Positions 7,694-18,014 of a DNA stretch of 54,923 bases are shown here, piece after piece. A program made the translations under genes and the position numbers. This DNA comes from a virus (lineage: Duplodnaviria > Caudoviricetes): positions 1 to 54,923 of the IMG/VR virus record IMGVR_UViG_3300046171_000008. One strand, written 5' to 3'. Positions within the stretch are counted from its first letter, which is position 1. Every line of letters starts with the position of its first letter. Below the pieces are notes generated by a model. The model worked only from the letters and a program-made list of their open reading frames with translations, had not been told where the DNA came from and searched no databases.

Positions 7694-9131
7694 AATAAAG
7701 TCTGTAGAGTACGAGACACAGGCAATTGAAGAGACAGCTAACGTACTGTTTAAGCCTAACCCCGGACCACAGACTGACTTTCTAGCCGCAGCAGAACGAG
7801 AAGTACTATACGGTGGAAGTGCTGGTGGAGGTAAATCCTACGCCATGCTGTCAGACCCACTACGTTATATGGGGCATCCCGCATTTAGTGGATTGCTCTT
7901 GCGACACACCACAGAAGAACTAAGAGAACTGGTATTCAAGTCGCAGGAGTTGTACCCAAAAATCTGGCCCGGTATTAAGTGGTCAGAGCGAAAGATGCAG
8001 TGGACTGCACCATCTGGCGCAAGGTTGTGGATGTCATACCTCGACAGAGATGATGATGTCTTGCGTTATCAGGGTCTGGCATTTAGCTGGATAGGGTTTG
8101 ACGAATTGACCCAGTGGGCCACACCATATGCATGGAATTACATGCGGTCACGTCTACGGTCCACTGCACCCGACTTGCCTATCTTTATGAGAGCCACAAC
8201 TAACCCCGGAGGAAGAGGTCATCACTGGGTAAAGAAAATGTTCATTGACCCATCACCATACAATAGAGCATTCGATGCAACAGACAGTGAAACCGGAGAA
8301 GTACTACGATACCCAGCAGGACATGCAAAGGCTGGAAAGTCACTATTTAAAAGGCGGTTTATCCCAGCAAGACTATCAGACAATCCTTATCTGGCAGAGT
8401 CGGGTGACTATGAAGCAATGCTACTCTCTATGCCAGAGCAGCAAAGACGACAGCTTCTTGAAGGTGATTGGGATATCAAAGAAGGTGCGGCCTTTACTGA
8501 GTTTGACCGCAACATTCATGTTGTTGAGCCTTTCGATGTACCTCATAATTGGGTTAAGTTTAGGGCTTGCGATTATGGTTACGGCAGTAAGTCTGGCGTT
8601 GTTTGGTTTGCTGTCGCACCTAATGAGCAGCTTGTGGTATATAGAGAACTATACGTCTCTAAAGTCCTTGCCGCAGATTTGGCAGATATGATACTTGAAT
8701 TAGAGGCAGGTGATGGAACTATTAAATATGGTGTGCTGGATAGCAGTCTTTGGCATAAGCGTGGGGATACTGGACCGTCTCTTGCGGAAACTATGATAGC
8801 ACGAGGATGCCGTTGGCGTCCATCAGATAGAAGCCGTGGCAGTCGTGTAGCAGGTAAGAACGAAATACACAGACGCTTACAGGTAGATGAGTTTACAGAG
8901 GAGCCTAGACTTGTATTCTTTAATAGCTGCACAAATGTCATATCACAGTTACCAGCCATCCCGCTTGATAAAAAGAATCCAGAAGACATTGATACAAATA
9001 GTGAAGACCACTTGTATGATGCGTTAAGGTATGGTATAATGTCCAGACCAAGGTTTAGTATATTTGACTACGACCCAATGGGAAGACCTAGCACTGGTAT
9101 GCGTGTAGCAGACAGCACATTCGGATATTAA
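7572..9131 (+). CDS. terL: Terminase large subunit
   Basis: Walker A GGSAGGGKS, Walker B IGFDE, ATTNPGG, nuclease DYGY and DHLYDALRY; exact start uncertain. Confidence 0.95.
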   Translation: MSGNVRTKLQASASGQNMRKRQSPKRKPSKKKEQAQKPTVEIKSVEYETQAIEETANVLFKPNPGPQTDFLAAAEREVLYGGSAGGGKSYAMLSDPLRYMGHPAFSGLLLRHTTEELRELVFKSQELYPKIWPGIKWSERKMQWTAPSGARLWMSYLDRDDDVLRYQGLAFSWIGFDELTQWATPYAWNYMRSRLRSTAPDLPIFMRATTNPGGRGHHWVKKMFIDPSPYNRAFDATDSETGEVLRYPAGHAKAGKSLFKRRFIPARLSDNPYLAESGDYEAMLLSMPEQQRRQLLEGDWDIKEGAAFTEFDRNIHVVEPFDVPHNWVKFRACDYGYGSKSGVVWFAVAPNEQLVVYRELYVSKVLAADLADMILELEAGDGTIKYGVLDSSLWHKRGDTGPSLAETMIARGCRWRPSDRSRGSRVAGKNEIHRRLQVDEFTEEPRLVFFNSCTNVISQLPAIPLDKKNPEDIDTNSEDHLYDALRYGIMSRPRFSIFDYDPMGRPSTGMRVADSTFGY

Positions 9132-9141
9132 GGAAAACATC

Positions 9142-11289
9142 ATGGATGAAGATGATATTATGATTGAAGACGATGCAATTGCATTGGAAGACACAGATGA
9201 CTCTGTTGTTGAAGATGCAGAAATTGCTTCAATTATTCCATTTATTAACGAGAAGTATCAGCGTTCAGAAGACTACCGCGAACAAGACGAAGACCGTTGG
9301 CTACGTGCTTATCGTAACTACCGTGGCTTGTATGGTCCAGACGTGCAGTTTACTGAGGCAGAGAAGTCTCGTGTATTTATCAAGGTAACAAAGACAAAGA
9401 CGCTGGCAGCTTACGGACAGATTGTAGATGTCCTGTTTGCAAATCAGCGTTTTCCTTTATCTGTAGACCCAACTGAACTGCCAGAAGGCGTAGTTGAGGA
9501 TGTTAGCTTTGACCCACAAGAGCCAGAGCAACTGCGTGGAGAAACTGCGTTGTCTACTAGCCCGTATGGTTTTGCTGGTGATGGCAATGATTTGGCACCC
9601 GGCGCAACAGCACAGTCTCTGCAAGAGAAGCTGGGTGTAGTACAAAATAAACTAGAGCCTGTACAGGAAAAACTTAAAGAAGGTCCGGGTAAGACACCTA
9701 CAGCAATTACATTTAGTCCTGCACAAATTGCTGCAAAGAAAATGCAAAAGAAAATCCATGACCAGCTTGAGGAGTCAGGTGCTAGTAAGCACATGCGTAA
9801 TTCTGCATTTGAGATGGCGTTGTTTGGCACAGGCGTTATGAAGGGTCCATTTGCTGTAGACAAAGAGTATCCTAATTGGAATGATGATGGTGAGTATGAT
9901 CCTAGATTCAAAACCGTTCCGCAAGTACAGCATGTATCTGTTTGGAACTTTTATCCTGACCCTGATGCGAATAGCATGGATGAAGCGCAGTACGTAATTG
10001 AACGGCATAAGATGTCACGTACACAGTTGCGCGGTTTGAAAAAGCGTCCATATTTTCGTGGACAAGTTATTGATGAGGTAATTCAAATTGGTGAAAACTA
10101 TACTAAAAAATATTGGGAAGATGATTTATCCGATTATGCTCCTGAGTCCTCTATTGACCGCTTTGAGGTACTTGAATATTGGGGTACAGTGGATATTGAC
10201 ATGCTTGAAGAGCAAGATATCGAAATACCGGAAGAACTAAAAGACTTTGATGAACTACAAGCAAACGTATGGATTTGTAATGATAAACTTATTCGTATGG
10301 TTCTGAACCCATTCAAGCCTAGTAAAATTCCGTATCATGCTGCGCCATATGAACTGAACCCATACTCATTTTTTGGAGTGGGTATTGCAGAAAACATGGA
10401 CGACACGCAGACATTGATGAATGGTTTCATGCGTATGGCTGTGGACAATGCCGTACTGTCAGGCAATTTGATTATGGAACTAGATGAAACTAATCTGGTT
10501 CCGGGTCAAGACCTGTCACTATATCCGGGTAAGGTATTCCGTAGGCAGGGCGGCGCACCGGGTCAAGCTATCTTTGGCACAAAGTTTCCTAACGTGTCTA
10601 GTGAGAACATGATGCTGTTTGATAAGGCACGTCAGCTATCAGATGAAAGTACAGGCTTGCCTAGTTTTGCTCATGGGCAGACAGGTGTTACAGGTGTAGG
10701 GCGTACTGCGTCAGGCATCTCTATGCTTATGGGTGCTGCCAGTGGTAGCATTAAGACTGTCGTTAAGAACGTAGACGATTATTTGCTGCGTCCTTTGGGT
10801 GAAGGCTTCTTCCGTTTTAATATGCAGTTTGACTTTGACCCAGAAATTAAGGGTGACTTAGAAGTTAAGGCACGTGGAACAGAAAGCCTGATGGCTAATG
10901 AAGTACGTAGCCAACGCCTGATGCAGTTCTTGCAGGTAGCAAGCAGCCCAGCACTTGCACCTTTTGCTAAGTTCCAGTATGTAATCCGCGAGATTGCATC
11001 TTCATTGGACTTGGACCCCGACAAAGTAACCAACAATATGGATGAAGCTGCTCTGCAAGCAGAGATTATGAAAGGCTTCCAAGCCCCTGCACAGCCAGTA
11101 GGACCAGAAGGCGCAGCACCAGCGGGTGCAAACCCAATGGACCCAACAGGAGCAGGTGGTGGTAATATAGGTACAGGACAAGTTCCTATGCCGGGTGAAC
11201 AAGGATTTAGTGCAAATGGACAAACAGCAGATACTCAGCCGCCTCAAGCCGCTGGTGGGCAACAACCGCCAATGGGAGGCGTTCAATAG
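9142..11289 (+). CDS. Portal protein
   Basis: 715 aa directly after TerL; ALFGTG, FYPDP, GRTASGISML motifs of P22-like podoviral portals. Confidence 0.88.
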   Translation: MDEDDIMIEDDAIALEDTDDSVVEDAEIASIIPFINEKYQRSEDYREQDEDRWLRAYRNYRGLYGPDVQFTEAEKSRVFIKVTKTKTLAAYGQIVDVLFANQRFPLSVDPTELPEGVVEDVSFDPQEPEQLRGETALSTSPYGFAGDGNDLAPGATAQSLQEKLGVVQNKLEPVQEKLKEGPGKTPTAITFSPAQIAAKKMQKKIHDQLEESGASKHMRNSAFEMALFGTGVMKGPFAVDKEYPNWNDDGEYDPRFKTVPQVQHVSVWNFYPDPDANSMDEAQYVIERHKMSRTQLRGLKKRPYFRGQVIDEVIQIGENYTKKYWEDDLSDYAPESSIDRFEVLEYWGTVDIDMLEEQDIEIPEELKDFDELQANVWICNDKLIRMVLNPFKPSKIPYHAAPYELNPYSFFGVGIAENMDDTQTLMNGFMRMAVDNAVLSGNLIMELDETNLVPGQDLSLYPGKVFRRQGGAPGQAIFGTKFPNVSSENMMLFDKARQLSDESTGLPSFAHGQTGVTGVGRTASGISMLMGAASGSIKTVVKNVDDYLLRPLGEGFFRFNMQFDFDPEIKGDLEVKARGTESLMANEVRSQRLMQFLQVASSPALAPFAKFQYVIREIASSLDLDPDKVTNNMDEAALQAEIMKGFQAPAQPVGPEGAAPAGANPMDPTGAGGGNIGTGQVPMPGEQGFSANGQTADTQPPQAAGGQQPPMGGVQ

Positions 11290-11431
11290 TTACTTAGATG
11301 ATGCAATTATGCAACACCATAAAGTAATGGAACAATCGACAGACACTGTTATGTTACACAGGCAACAAGGTGCCATAGCAGTTTTACGTAAACTAAAGCA
11401 ACTTAGGGATGAAATTAATGGCTCTGGATAA
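11216..11431 (+). CDS. Small conserved protein after portal
   Basis: HRQQGAIAVLRKL motif typical of portal-adjacent genes. Confidence 0.7.
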   Translation: MDKQQILSRLKPLVGNNRQWEAFNSYLDDAIMQHHKVMEQSTDTVMLHRQQGAIAVLRKLKQLRDEINGSG

Positions 11432-12983
11432 ACAAATGGAAATGTTTGATGACGGTGGTCTTATGGACGAAGGCGGCACAGTAGACCCTGTATCTGGTAA
11501 TGACGTGCCACCCGGCTCTACTCAAGAAGAAGTACGAGATGACATTCCCGCACAGCTTAGTGAAGGTGAATTTGTATTCCCTGCTGACGTAGTGCGTTAC
11601 ATTGGTCTAGGCAACTTGATGCGTATGCGTCAGGAAGCTAAGATGGGCCTAAAGTTAATGGATCAAATGGGCCAGATGGGCAATAGCGAAGAAGCTACTA
11701 TGCCAGATGACTTGCCATTTGATATTAATGATCTTGACATGGAAGACGAAATAGACGATAATAACGAATTAGAAATGCAAGTAGGTGGTTTTGTACAGCC
11801 TACACAACAACAACAACAGATGGGTATCAGTGGATATCAGCAAGCTGCAGCACCAACAACAGGAGTAGCAGCAGTGCCACAGCAAGCTGCATCACAGCAA
11901 TACGTACAACCTGTACAGCCTGTGCAAGCAGCAGTACCAACAATGCAAGCGTATAAACCAGAGGAAGTACCTACATTCCAGCAGACCATCGGTGACGATG
12001 CATTTGGAACTTATGATGAATTACGTCAATATCGCAATGAAGCAGGTAACATTCTTAATGTACCATTCCGTAATGGTCAGCCTATCAGCCCAATCCCAGA
12101 AGGCTACACATTTGTAGACCCAGAAGAGACTGCCACAGAAGAGGTAACAACTACACCTACAACGCCACAGACTACTACTGTACGTGAAGAAGGTGGAGAT
12201 GACGAAGCACGGCAACGCCGCGAGGAAGAAATGTATGGTCCGGGTGGTGGTAGACTTGGAGTAAAAGGAAAAACTTATGGTATTTCTTTTGATGGTGTAG
12301 GACTATTAGAAGGAAGGGGTATGTTAACTGGTTTAGCTTTGAGTGGAGAAATTCCTGATAAGTATGCTACTAGCGTATCTGTAAATATAAAACGTGGGGA
12401 TGACGAATTTGCAGTCAGGGGTGATGCTTATAATGAATTGAAAGAAGTAATTGAAGACTCTGGTGCAAATTCTCCTGCTGCTGAAAATAAATTGGCTGAG
12501 TTGCGTAGGCGATCTAATGCAATTAAAGAAGCAAAACGTAAAGCGCAAGAAGAGTTTGATAGGCTTGCTAAACTAAAAGAAAACGAAGAAGAACGTAAAC
12601 GCACAAAAGTACAGCCTTCATCGGATGACCCCGGAGGTAAAGGACCGTTTGGTACCGGATATACTTACGACCCTAAATCCGTAAAAGAAACCACAGACTA
12701 TGTAGAATCAGGATACCAAGAAGCCTCTGGAGGTGGAGGAGGCGGTTTTGGAGGTGGTAGCCCATCCTCTAGTTCAAGTTCTTCTAGCAGCAGTTCATCA
12801 GGTAGTAGTAAATCTTCTAGTTCGGGTTCATCCAGTGGTGGTTCATCTAAATCTAGTGGAGGCAGCTACGGCGCAAAAGACTCAACTGGGGGTTCTAGAC
12901 GATTCGATGAAGGTGGTTTAGCATCTAAACCTAAACCCAAAACTAAAAAGATGAAGCGTGGTGGATTAGCTTCTAAAAAATAA
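11409..12983 (+). CDS. Head-module protein with N-terminal GEFV domain and five xxGG motifs; candidate maturation protease or cargo adaptor
   Basis: DDIPAQLSEGEFVFPADVVRYIGLGNL; lies between portal and scaffold; Q-rich and S/G-rich low-complexity tracts; function is inference. Confidence 0.55.
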   Translation: MKLMALDKQMEMFDDGGLMDEGGTVDPVSGNDVPPGSTQEEVRDDIPAQLSEGEFVFPADVVRYIGLGNLMRMRQEAKMGLKLMDQMGQMGNSEEATMPDDLPFDINDLDMEDEIDDNNELEMQVGGFVQPTQQQQQMGISGYQQAAAPTTGVAAVPQQAASQQYVQPVQPVQAAVPTMQAYKPEEVPTFQQTIGDDAFGTYDELRQYRNEAGNILNVPFRNGQPISPIPEGYTFVDPEETATEEVTTTPTTPQTTTVREEGGDDEARQRREEEMYGPGGGRLGVKGKTYGISFDGVGLLEGRGMLTGLALSGEIPDKYATSVSVNIKRGDDEFAVRGDAYNELKEVIEDSGANSPAAENKLAELRRRSNAIKEAKRKAQEEFDRLAKLKENEEERKRTKVQPSSDDPGGKGPFGTGYTYDPKSVKETTDYVESGYQEASGGGGGGFGGGSPSSSSSSSSSSSSGSSKSSSSGSSSGGSSKSSGGSYGAKDSTGGSRRFDEGGLASKPKPKTKKMKRGGLASKK

Positions 12984-13055
12984 TCTACAATATGTTGGCT
13001 ACTCATCCCCCATCCCCGACAGGTTGGCTACGGTGGCCCCAACAAGGAGAATGAC

Positions 13056-13922
13056 ATGAACGATACAATCATGGCAGAAGAAATGAAGACTACGCCAAAG
13101 GCGGCATTTGTTAATAAACCTTACACGCAAGAAGAACGAGTTAAGCGCGATGAGGAAGAACTAGAACAGCTAATGAAAGAACGTGATGGTGAAGAAGAAG
13201 CACCAGAGCAAGAAGCTGAACCTACTAGCGCAGAAGAGAAAACATTTAAAAAGCGTTACTCTGACCTACGCCGACATCAACAGAAACAAGCAGAAGAGTT
13301 TAAGTCTGAACTTGCAGAACTAAAGCGTCAGCTTTCGGATGCTACAAAGAAAGAAATGAAACTGCCCAAGTCTGATGAGGACATTGAAGAGTGGGCAAAA
13401 GAATACCCAGACGTAGCAGCTATCGTTGAAACAATTGCAATGAAGAAAGCTAGTGAACAAGCAACTGCACTAGAAGAACGAATCAAAGCAATTGATGAGA
13501 TGCAGAATACCGCAACTAAAGAAAAAGCAGAAGCATCTCTGATGCAGATGCATCCAGATTTCGGCGAGATTCGTGACAGCGATGACTTCCACGAGTGGGC
13601 CGAAGAACAACCTAAGTGGGTACAGGACGCACTGTACGAGAATGATAATGACGCACGGTCAGCAGCACGAGCAATTGACCTCTACAAAGCAGATAGAGGC
13701 ATTGGCAAAAAGTCTAAGAGCAAGAATGATAAGGGTGCAGCAGAGGCAGTTGCGCCGAAAGATAAAAGAAGTAAGCCGCAAACTGATGAGGCTTCCACGT
13801 ATCTGAAAGAGTCAGATGTAGAAAAAATGTCAGCACATGAATACGAGAAACATGCTGATGAGATTATGGATGCAATCCGTAGTGGTAAGTTTATCTACGA
13901 TTTATCTGGTTCTGCACGATAA
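13056..13922 (+). CDS. Capsid scaffolding protein
   Basis: Acidic coiled coil with FKKRYSDLRRH and HPDF...F.EW; upstream of MCP. Confidence 0.75.
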   Translation: MNDTIMAEEMKTTPKAAFVNKPYTQEERVKRDEEELEQLMKERDGEEEAPEQEAEPTSAEEKTFKKRYSDLRRHQQKQAEEFKSELAELKRQLSDATKKEMKLPKSDEDIEEWAKEYPDVAAIVETIAMKKASEQATALEERIKAIDEMQNTATKEKAEASLMQMHPDFGEIRDSDDFHEWAEEQPKWVQDALYENDNDARSAARAIDLYKADRGIGKKSKSKNDKGAAEAVAPKDKRSKPQTDEASTYLKESDVEKMSAHEYEKHADEIMDAIRSGKFIYDLSGSAR

Positions 13923-13929
13923 AAAAGAG

Positions 13930-13957
13930 TTGACAAGTAGTTATTAATAAGTATAAC
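13930..13957 (+). promoter_or_regulatory. Sigma70-like promoter upstream of MCP
   Basis: TTGACA-16 nt-TATAAC. Confidence 0.6.
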
Positions 13958-14164
13958 TATAGTCAAGTGTAGTGTAAGCAGGGTCGCTCCTTGCTTACCT
14001 AACAATCCGCAAACGACAAAAATCTTCAAGATTACCTGAATAACATGGCCTACTAAGTATGTCGGCGGCCACTGACTTACAAGGTACACCCTACGTTATA
14101 CAGCCTCTGCAAAGAATTGTACTGTTTGCATCTGTGAAAAATCCAAAACAATAGGAGATGGATT

Positions 14165-15220
14165 ATGGCTTTCCCAAGAGCACCGGGTTATAACAACTTG
14201 CCGAATGGCAATTTTAGCCCAGTAATTTACTCCAAACAGGTGCAGCTTGCATTCCGCAAGGCCGCTGTTTGTGACGCGATTACGAATAACGACTACTTTG
14301 GTGAAATCGCAAACTTTGGTGATTCAGTTAAAATCATCAAGGAACCCGAAATCACTGTTAAGGCTTACGAGCGTGGTACTACCATTACTCCGCAAGACCT
14401 TGACGATGAAGACTTCACACTGACCGTTGACAAAGCTAACTACTTTGCTTTTAAAGTTGACGACATTGAGGAAGCGCATTCGCACGTAAACTTTGAGTCT
14501 CTCTCAAGCAACCGTGCTGCATACCGTCTTGCTGACCAGTTTGACCAAGATGTTCTTGGCTACCTGTCAGGCTTTAAGCAGTCTGCAATCAGTGGCACAC
14601 CTGACACCGTAAATAACGTAATTAACGGTACTAAGTCAGTTACAACTGCTGGTACTGACGAACTGCTGTCAAGCATGAAGCTGAATGCATCCGACTTCAA
14701 CGCAGGTAATGCTGCTAACTGTGTCGGTCTGAAGCCTCGCGCATCAGAAGCTGTTCCAACTGCTGCTGGTACTACTAACCCACTGACTGTGATTGCACGT
14801 ATGGGTCGTCAACTCGACCTGCAAAACGTGGACTCTCAGGGCCGTTGGTTGGTCATTGACCCAGTGTTCGTTGAACTGCTGAAAGATGAAGACTCACGTT
14901 TGTTTGATTCAGACTTTGGTGGTTCTGGACTTCAGAACGGTTTGATTTTGAATAACCTGCATGGATTTAAAGTCCATGTTTCTAACAACCTGCCTAAAGT
15001 TGGTACTGGTCCTTCCACAACTGGTGGAACCAATGCTAATAACTTTGGTGTGATTGTTGCTGGTCATTCATCTTCAGTCGCTACTGCTGACCAAATCAAC
15101 AAGACTGAAACTTACCGCGACCCGGACAGCTTTGCCGATATCGTCCGTGGTATGCATCTGTATGGCCGCAAGATTCTCCGTCCAGAGGCTCTTGTTAACG
15201 CCAAATACTGTTTGGTTTAA
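14165..15220 (+). CDS. Major capsid protein
   Basis: 351 aa; FSP.IYSK, GDSVKI, F.VDDIE, RDPDSFADIVRG.HLYG.K motifs; strong RBS. Confidence 0.92.
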   Translation: MAFPRAPGYNNLPNGNFSPVIYSKQVQLAFRKAAVCDAITNNDYFGEIANFGDSVKIIKEPEITVKAYERGTTITPQDLDDEDFTLTVDKANYFAFKVDDIEEAHSHVNFESLSSNRAAYRLADQFDQDVLGYLSGFKQSAISGTPDTVNNVINGTKSVTTAGTDELLSSMKLNASDFNAGNAANCVGLKPRASEAVPTAAGTTNPLTVIARMGRQLDLQNVDSQGRWLVIDPVFVELLKDEDSRLFDSDFGGSGLQNGLILNNLHGFKVHVSNNLPKVGTGPSTTGGTNANNFGVIVAGHSSSVATADQINKTETYRDPDSFADIVRGMHLYGRKILRPEALVNAKYCLV

Positions 15221-15232
15221 GGAGAATAGATT

Positions 15233-15712
15233 ATGGCACTAGGTGATAACACTCTCCAAGCCGCACGTGGCAACTCGCAGCGTGGGCGTAATCCATACAT
15301 GGTTCAGACTACTCTGAACTGGGCAACAGCTTTGTCAGACAAAGGTTCTGCACTTGCAGCATCTGATGTCGTTCCTGTCATTGCCGTTCCTAAAGGTGTA
15401 ATGGTACTGAACGCAGGTATTGAAGTTGATACTGCTTCTGACGGTTCTACATTTACTGTAGACGTTGGTATGGTAGATGCTGATGTATTTGTCGATGGTT
15501 TTGATGCTACGTCAGCCGCTGGCGTACTGTCGCAAAACCCTGCAGCTTACCAGCCAGTAATGGCTGTTGCTGCTGATAACATTGACGTGACTATCGCTAC
15601 CCTTTCAGGTGGCGCAGTGAGTTCAGGTCTGTTCCGCGTCTGGGCTGTCCTTATGGACTGCAATGACGAAGGTGACTTGACTGCTCAAGAAGTAGCACGT
15701 GACGTTATCTAA
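15233..15712 (+). CDS. Capsid decoration/minor head protein (probable)
   Basis: 159-aa beta-rich protein between MCP and a terminator. Confidence 0.55.
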   Translation: MALGDNTLQAARGNSQRGRNPYMVQTTLNWATALSDKGSALAASDVVPVIAVPKGVMVLNAGIEVDTASDGSTFTVDVGMVDADVFVDGFDATSAAGVLSQNPAAYQPVMAVAADNIDVTIATLSGGAVSSGLFRVWAVLMDCNDEGDLTAQEVARDVI

Positions 15713-15725
15713 CTGACATAGTATT

Positions 15726-15762
15726 GGGGCAGGGCAACTTGCCCCTTTACTTTCTTTCTTTA
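15726..15762 (+). terminator. Rho-independent terminator
   Basis: GGGGCAGG-GCAA-CTTGCCCC followed by a T-rich tract. Confidence 0.8.
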
Positions 15763-15774
15763 TAAGGATGCACG

Positions 15775-16491
15775 ATGGCATATACTTACCTAGACATTAC
15801 TAATGAAGTACTTGCTCGTATGAACGAGGTATCTCTTACTGCAGCCAATTTTGCTACAGCTAGGGGTTTTCAAGTACAATGTCAAAACGCTGTTAATGAT
15901 GCTATCAACTATATTAATCAACGTGAGTTTGGCTGGCCCTTTACACATGATACTGAAACGCAGACATTAGTAGCTGGTCAAACACGTTATACTATTCCAA
16001 CGGATACACAGTCAATAGACTATGACACATTTAGAATTAGTAAAGATGATACTCTGGGTGTATCAGGGATTACACTACGTATTTTAGACTACAAAGAATA
16101 TACACAAAAATATATTGACCAAGAAACTACATCTGATGTAGGTGCAGTTCCTATCTACGTATTCCGCACACCAGATAATAACTACGGCTTGTACCCATAT
16201 CCTGATAAAGCCTACGAATTAAAGTACGAATATTATAAAAAGCCTACTCCATTGTCGGCAGCAACAGATGCACCAACTGTACCTGAACAGTACCGACAGG
16301 TAATTGTAGATGGTGCAACTGCATACGCTTATCAGTATCGTGGAGAGGCACAGCAGTATGGCATCAACTTTGCACGTTTTGAGGAAGGCATCAAGCAGAT
16401 GCAGACAATCTTGCTTAATCGTGCCGACTACATCAGGTCTACGTATATTCCATACTCACAAAGGTACGGTGCTGGCGCGGGTGGATTTTAG
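15775..16491 (+). CDS. Tail adaptor / tubular protein A-like
   Basis: YLDITNEVL.R, WPF, YPYPDKAY, VPEQY pattern; position after the head genes. Confidence 0.7.
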   Translation: MAYTYLDITNEVLARMNEVSLTAANFATARGFQVQCQNAVNDAINYINQREFGWPFTHDTETQTLVAGQTRYTIPTDTQSIDYDTFRISKDDTLGVSGITLRILDYKEYTQKYIDQETTSDVGAVPIYVFRTPDNNYGLYPYPDKAYELKYEYYKKPTPLSAATDAPTVPEQYRQVIVDGATAYAYQYRGEAQQYGINFARFEEGIKQMQTILLNRADYIRSTYIPYSQRYGAGAGGF

Positions 16492-16499
16492 AGGTTTAA

Positions 16500-18014
16500 A
16501 TGGCAGATGAATCTGGCCTCAGTCCTTATGTGTTTGCTTGTGAAGGTGGGTTAGTTCTTGACCAGCCAACCTTTAAGATGCAACCCGGCATGGCACTTGA
16601 ACTAGAAAACTTTGAACCTGATGTACGTGGTGGCTACCGCCGTATCAATGGCTACATCAAGTGGAACAGCAATATTGTTCCTCAGACAGCTAGTTCATCT
16701 GAAGCAGTGCTTATGTCTGCTTTTTTTCCCGGCAACAATAAAGTAATTGCTGCACGTGGAGAAAAAGTATTTGAGGCTGGTACATCAGGTAGCTGGACAG
16801 AGATTGACACAGGACGTACTAATGCAAACAGGTATACGTTCTTTAGGTATAACCTAGCTGGCACTGACCATATTATCTGGGCTGATGGTGCAAACCACGC
16901 AACAAAATATGATGGCACAACTGTAACAGATATTAACGCAACAGGCGCACCATCCAATCCAAAGTTTGTTGTAGGTTATAAAAATGCTATGTTCTTTGCA
17001 GGGCATAGTGCCAATAAAGAAGAAATTGTATTTACGGCACCTTTTACTGACAATGACTTTAACACAGCCAATGGCGCAGGTTCCATACGAGTAGACAGCA
17101 CAATCACTGGATTGTTTCCGTTTCGTGATGAATTGTACATCTTCTGTGAAGAACGTATCTTTAGACTTGTAGGCAACACTGTTGCAGACTTTCAGATGCA
17201 ACCTGTTACTAGAGACATTGGTTGTCTAAATAACTTTACCATCCAAGAACTAGCTGGTGATATTATTTTTCTTGGGCGAGATGGACTTAGAACAGTAGCC
17301 GCGACTGAACGTATTAATGACGTTGAACTTGGCACAATTACGGCACCCATTAAGGAACTCTTTGATGGTGTAACAGACGTAGATGAGTTTGTAAGCGTAG
17401 TTGTACCCGGCAAGACACAGTATCGTCTGTTCAGGGTCAATAGGTCAGAAGATACACAGGCCACAACAAAAGGTGTTATTGCTGTACGTAAACAACAAGG
17501 TTACGAGTTTGCTACAACTATAGGCATACAGCCAGCTTGTACAGATTATAATACAGTACAGGGTGACATTTTTGTACTGCACGGTGGCTACGATGGTTAT
17601 ATCTATCGCCAAGAACAGGGTAACACATTTGATGGCACTACAATTATAGGCCGTTATCGTTCACCTGATATGACTATGGGAGATGCTGGCATACGTAAAA
17701 ACTTTCAGCGAGTAATTATTAACTACGCACCTACAGGCGCACTTAACTCTGACTTGTTTCTACGATATGACTATGAATCTCCAGATGCAGCAAGACCTGA
17801 TGCATACCCGTTTGACAGTTCAACAGTAGTGGCATTGTATGGAACGTCAGTATACGGAACAGCAACATACGGTGGTCAGTCAAACCCATTGGTACGACAG
17901 CCAGTAGAAGGTAGCGGTTTTGCTGTAGCAATGCGGGTGGTTGATAATGATATATCACTACCCTACACACTAAAAGGTTTTCAGCTAGAATTTGACGCAG
18001 GAGCAAGAAGGTAA
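16500..18014 (+). CDS. Tail nozzle / tubular protein B-like
   Basis: 504-aa beta-rich protein; GGL, ENFEP...GGYRRI, DIGC motifs; position after the adaptor. Confidence 0.7.
   Translation: MADESGLSPYVFACEGGLVLDQPTFKMQPGMALELENFEPDVRGGYRRINGYIKWNSNIVPQTASSSEAVLMSAFFPGNNKVIAARGEKVFEAGTSGSWTEIDTGRTNANRYTFFRYNLAGTDHIIWADGANHATKYDGTTVTDINATGAPSNPKFVVGYKNAMFFAGHSANKEEIVFTAPFTDNDFNTANGAGSIRVDSTITGLFPFRDELYIFCEERIFRLVGNTVADFQMQPVTRDIGCLNNFTIQELAGDIIFLGRDGLRTVAATERINDVELGTITAPIKELFDGVTDVDEFVSVVVPGKTQYRLFRVNRSEDTQATTKGVIAVRKQQGYEFATTIGIQPACTDYNTVQGDIFVLHGGYDGYIYRQEQGNTFDGTTIIGRYRSPDMTMGDAGIRKNFQRVIINYAPTGALNSDLFLRYDYESPDAARPDAYPFDSSTVVALYGTSVYGTATYGGQSNPLVRQPVEGSGFAVAMRVVDNDISLPYTLKGFQLEFDAGARR

Noticed and set aside
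12730-12895. Ser/Gly low-complexity tract as a separate element
   Set aside because: It is an in-frame linker of the 524-aa protein.
15200-15235. T7-style programmed frameshift extending the capsid protein
   Set aside because: No convincing slippery heptamer, and the downstream gene has its own AAGGAG RBS.
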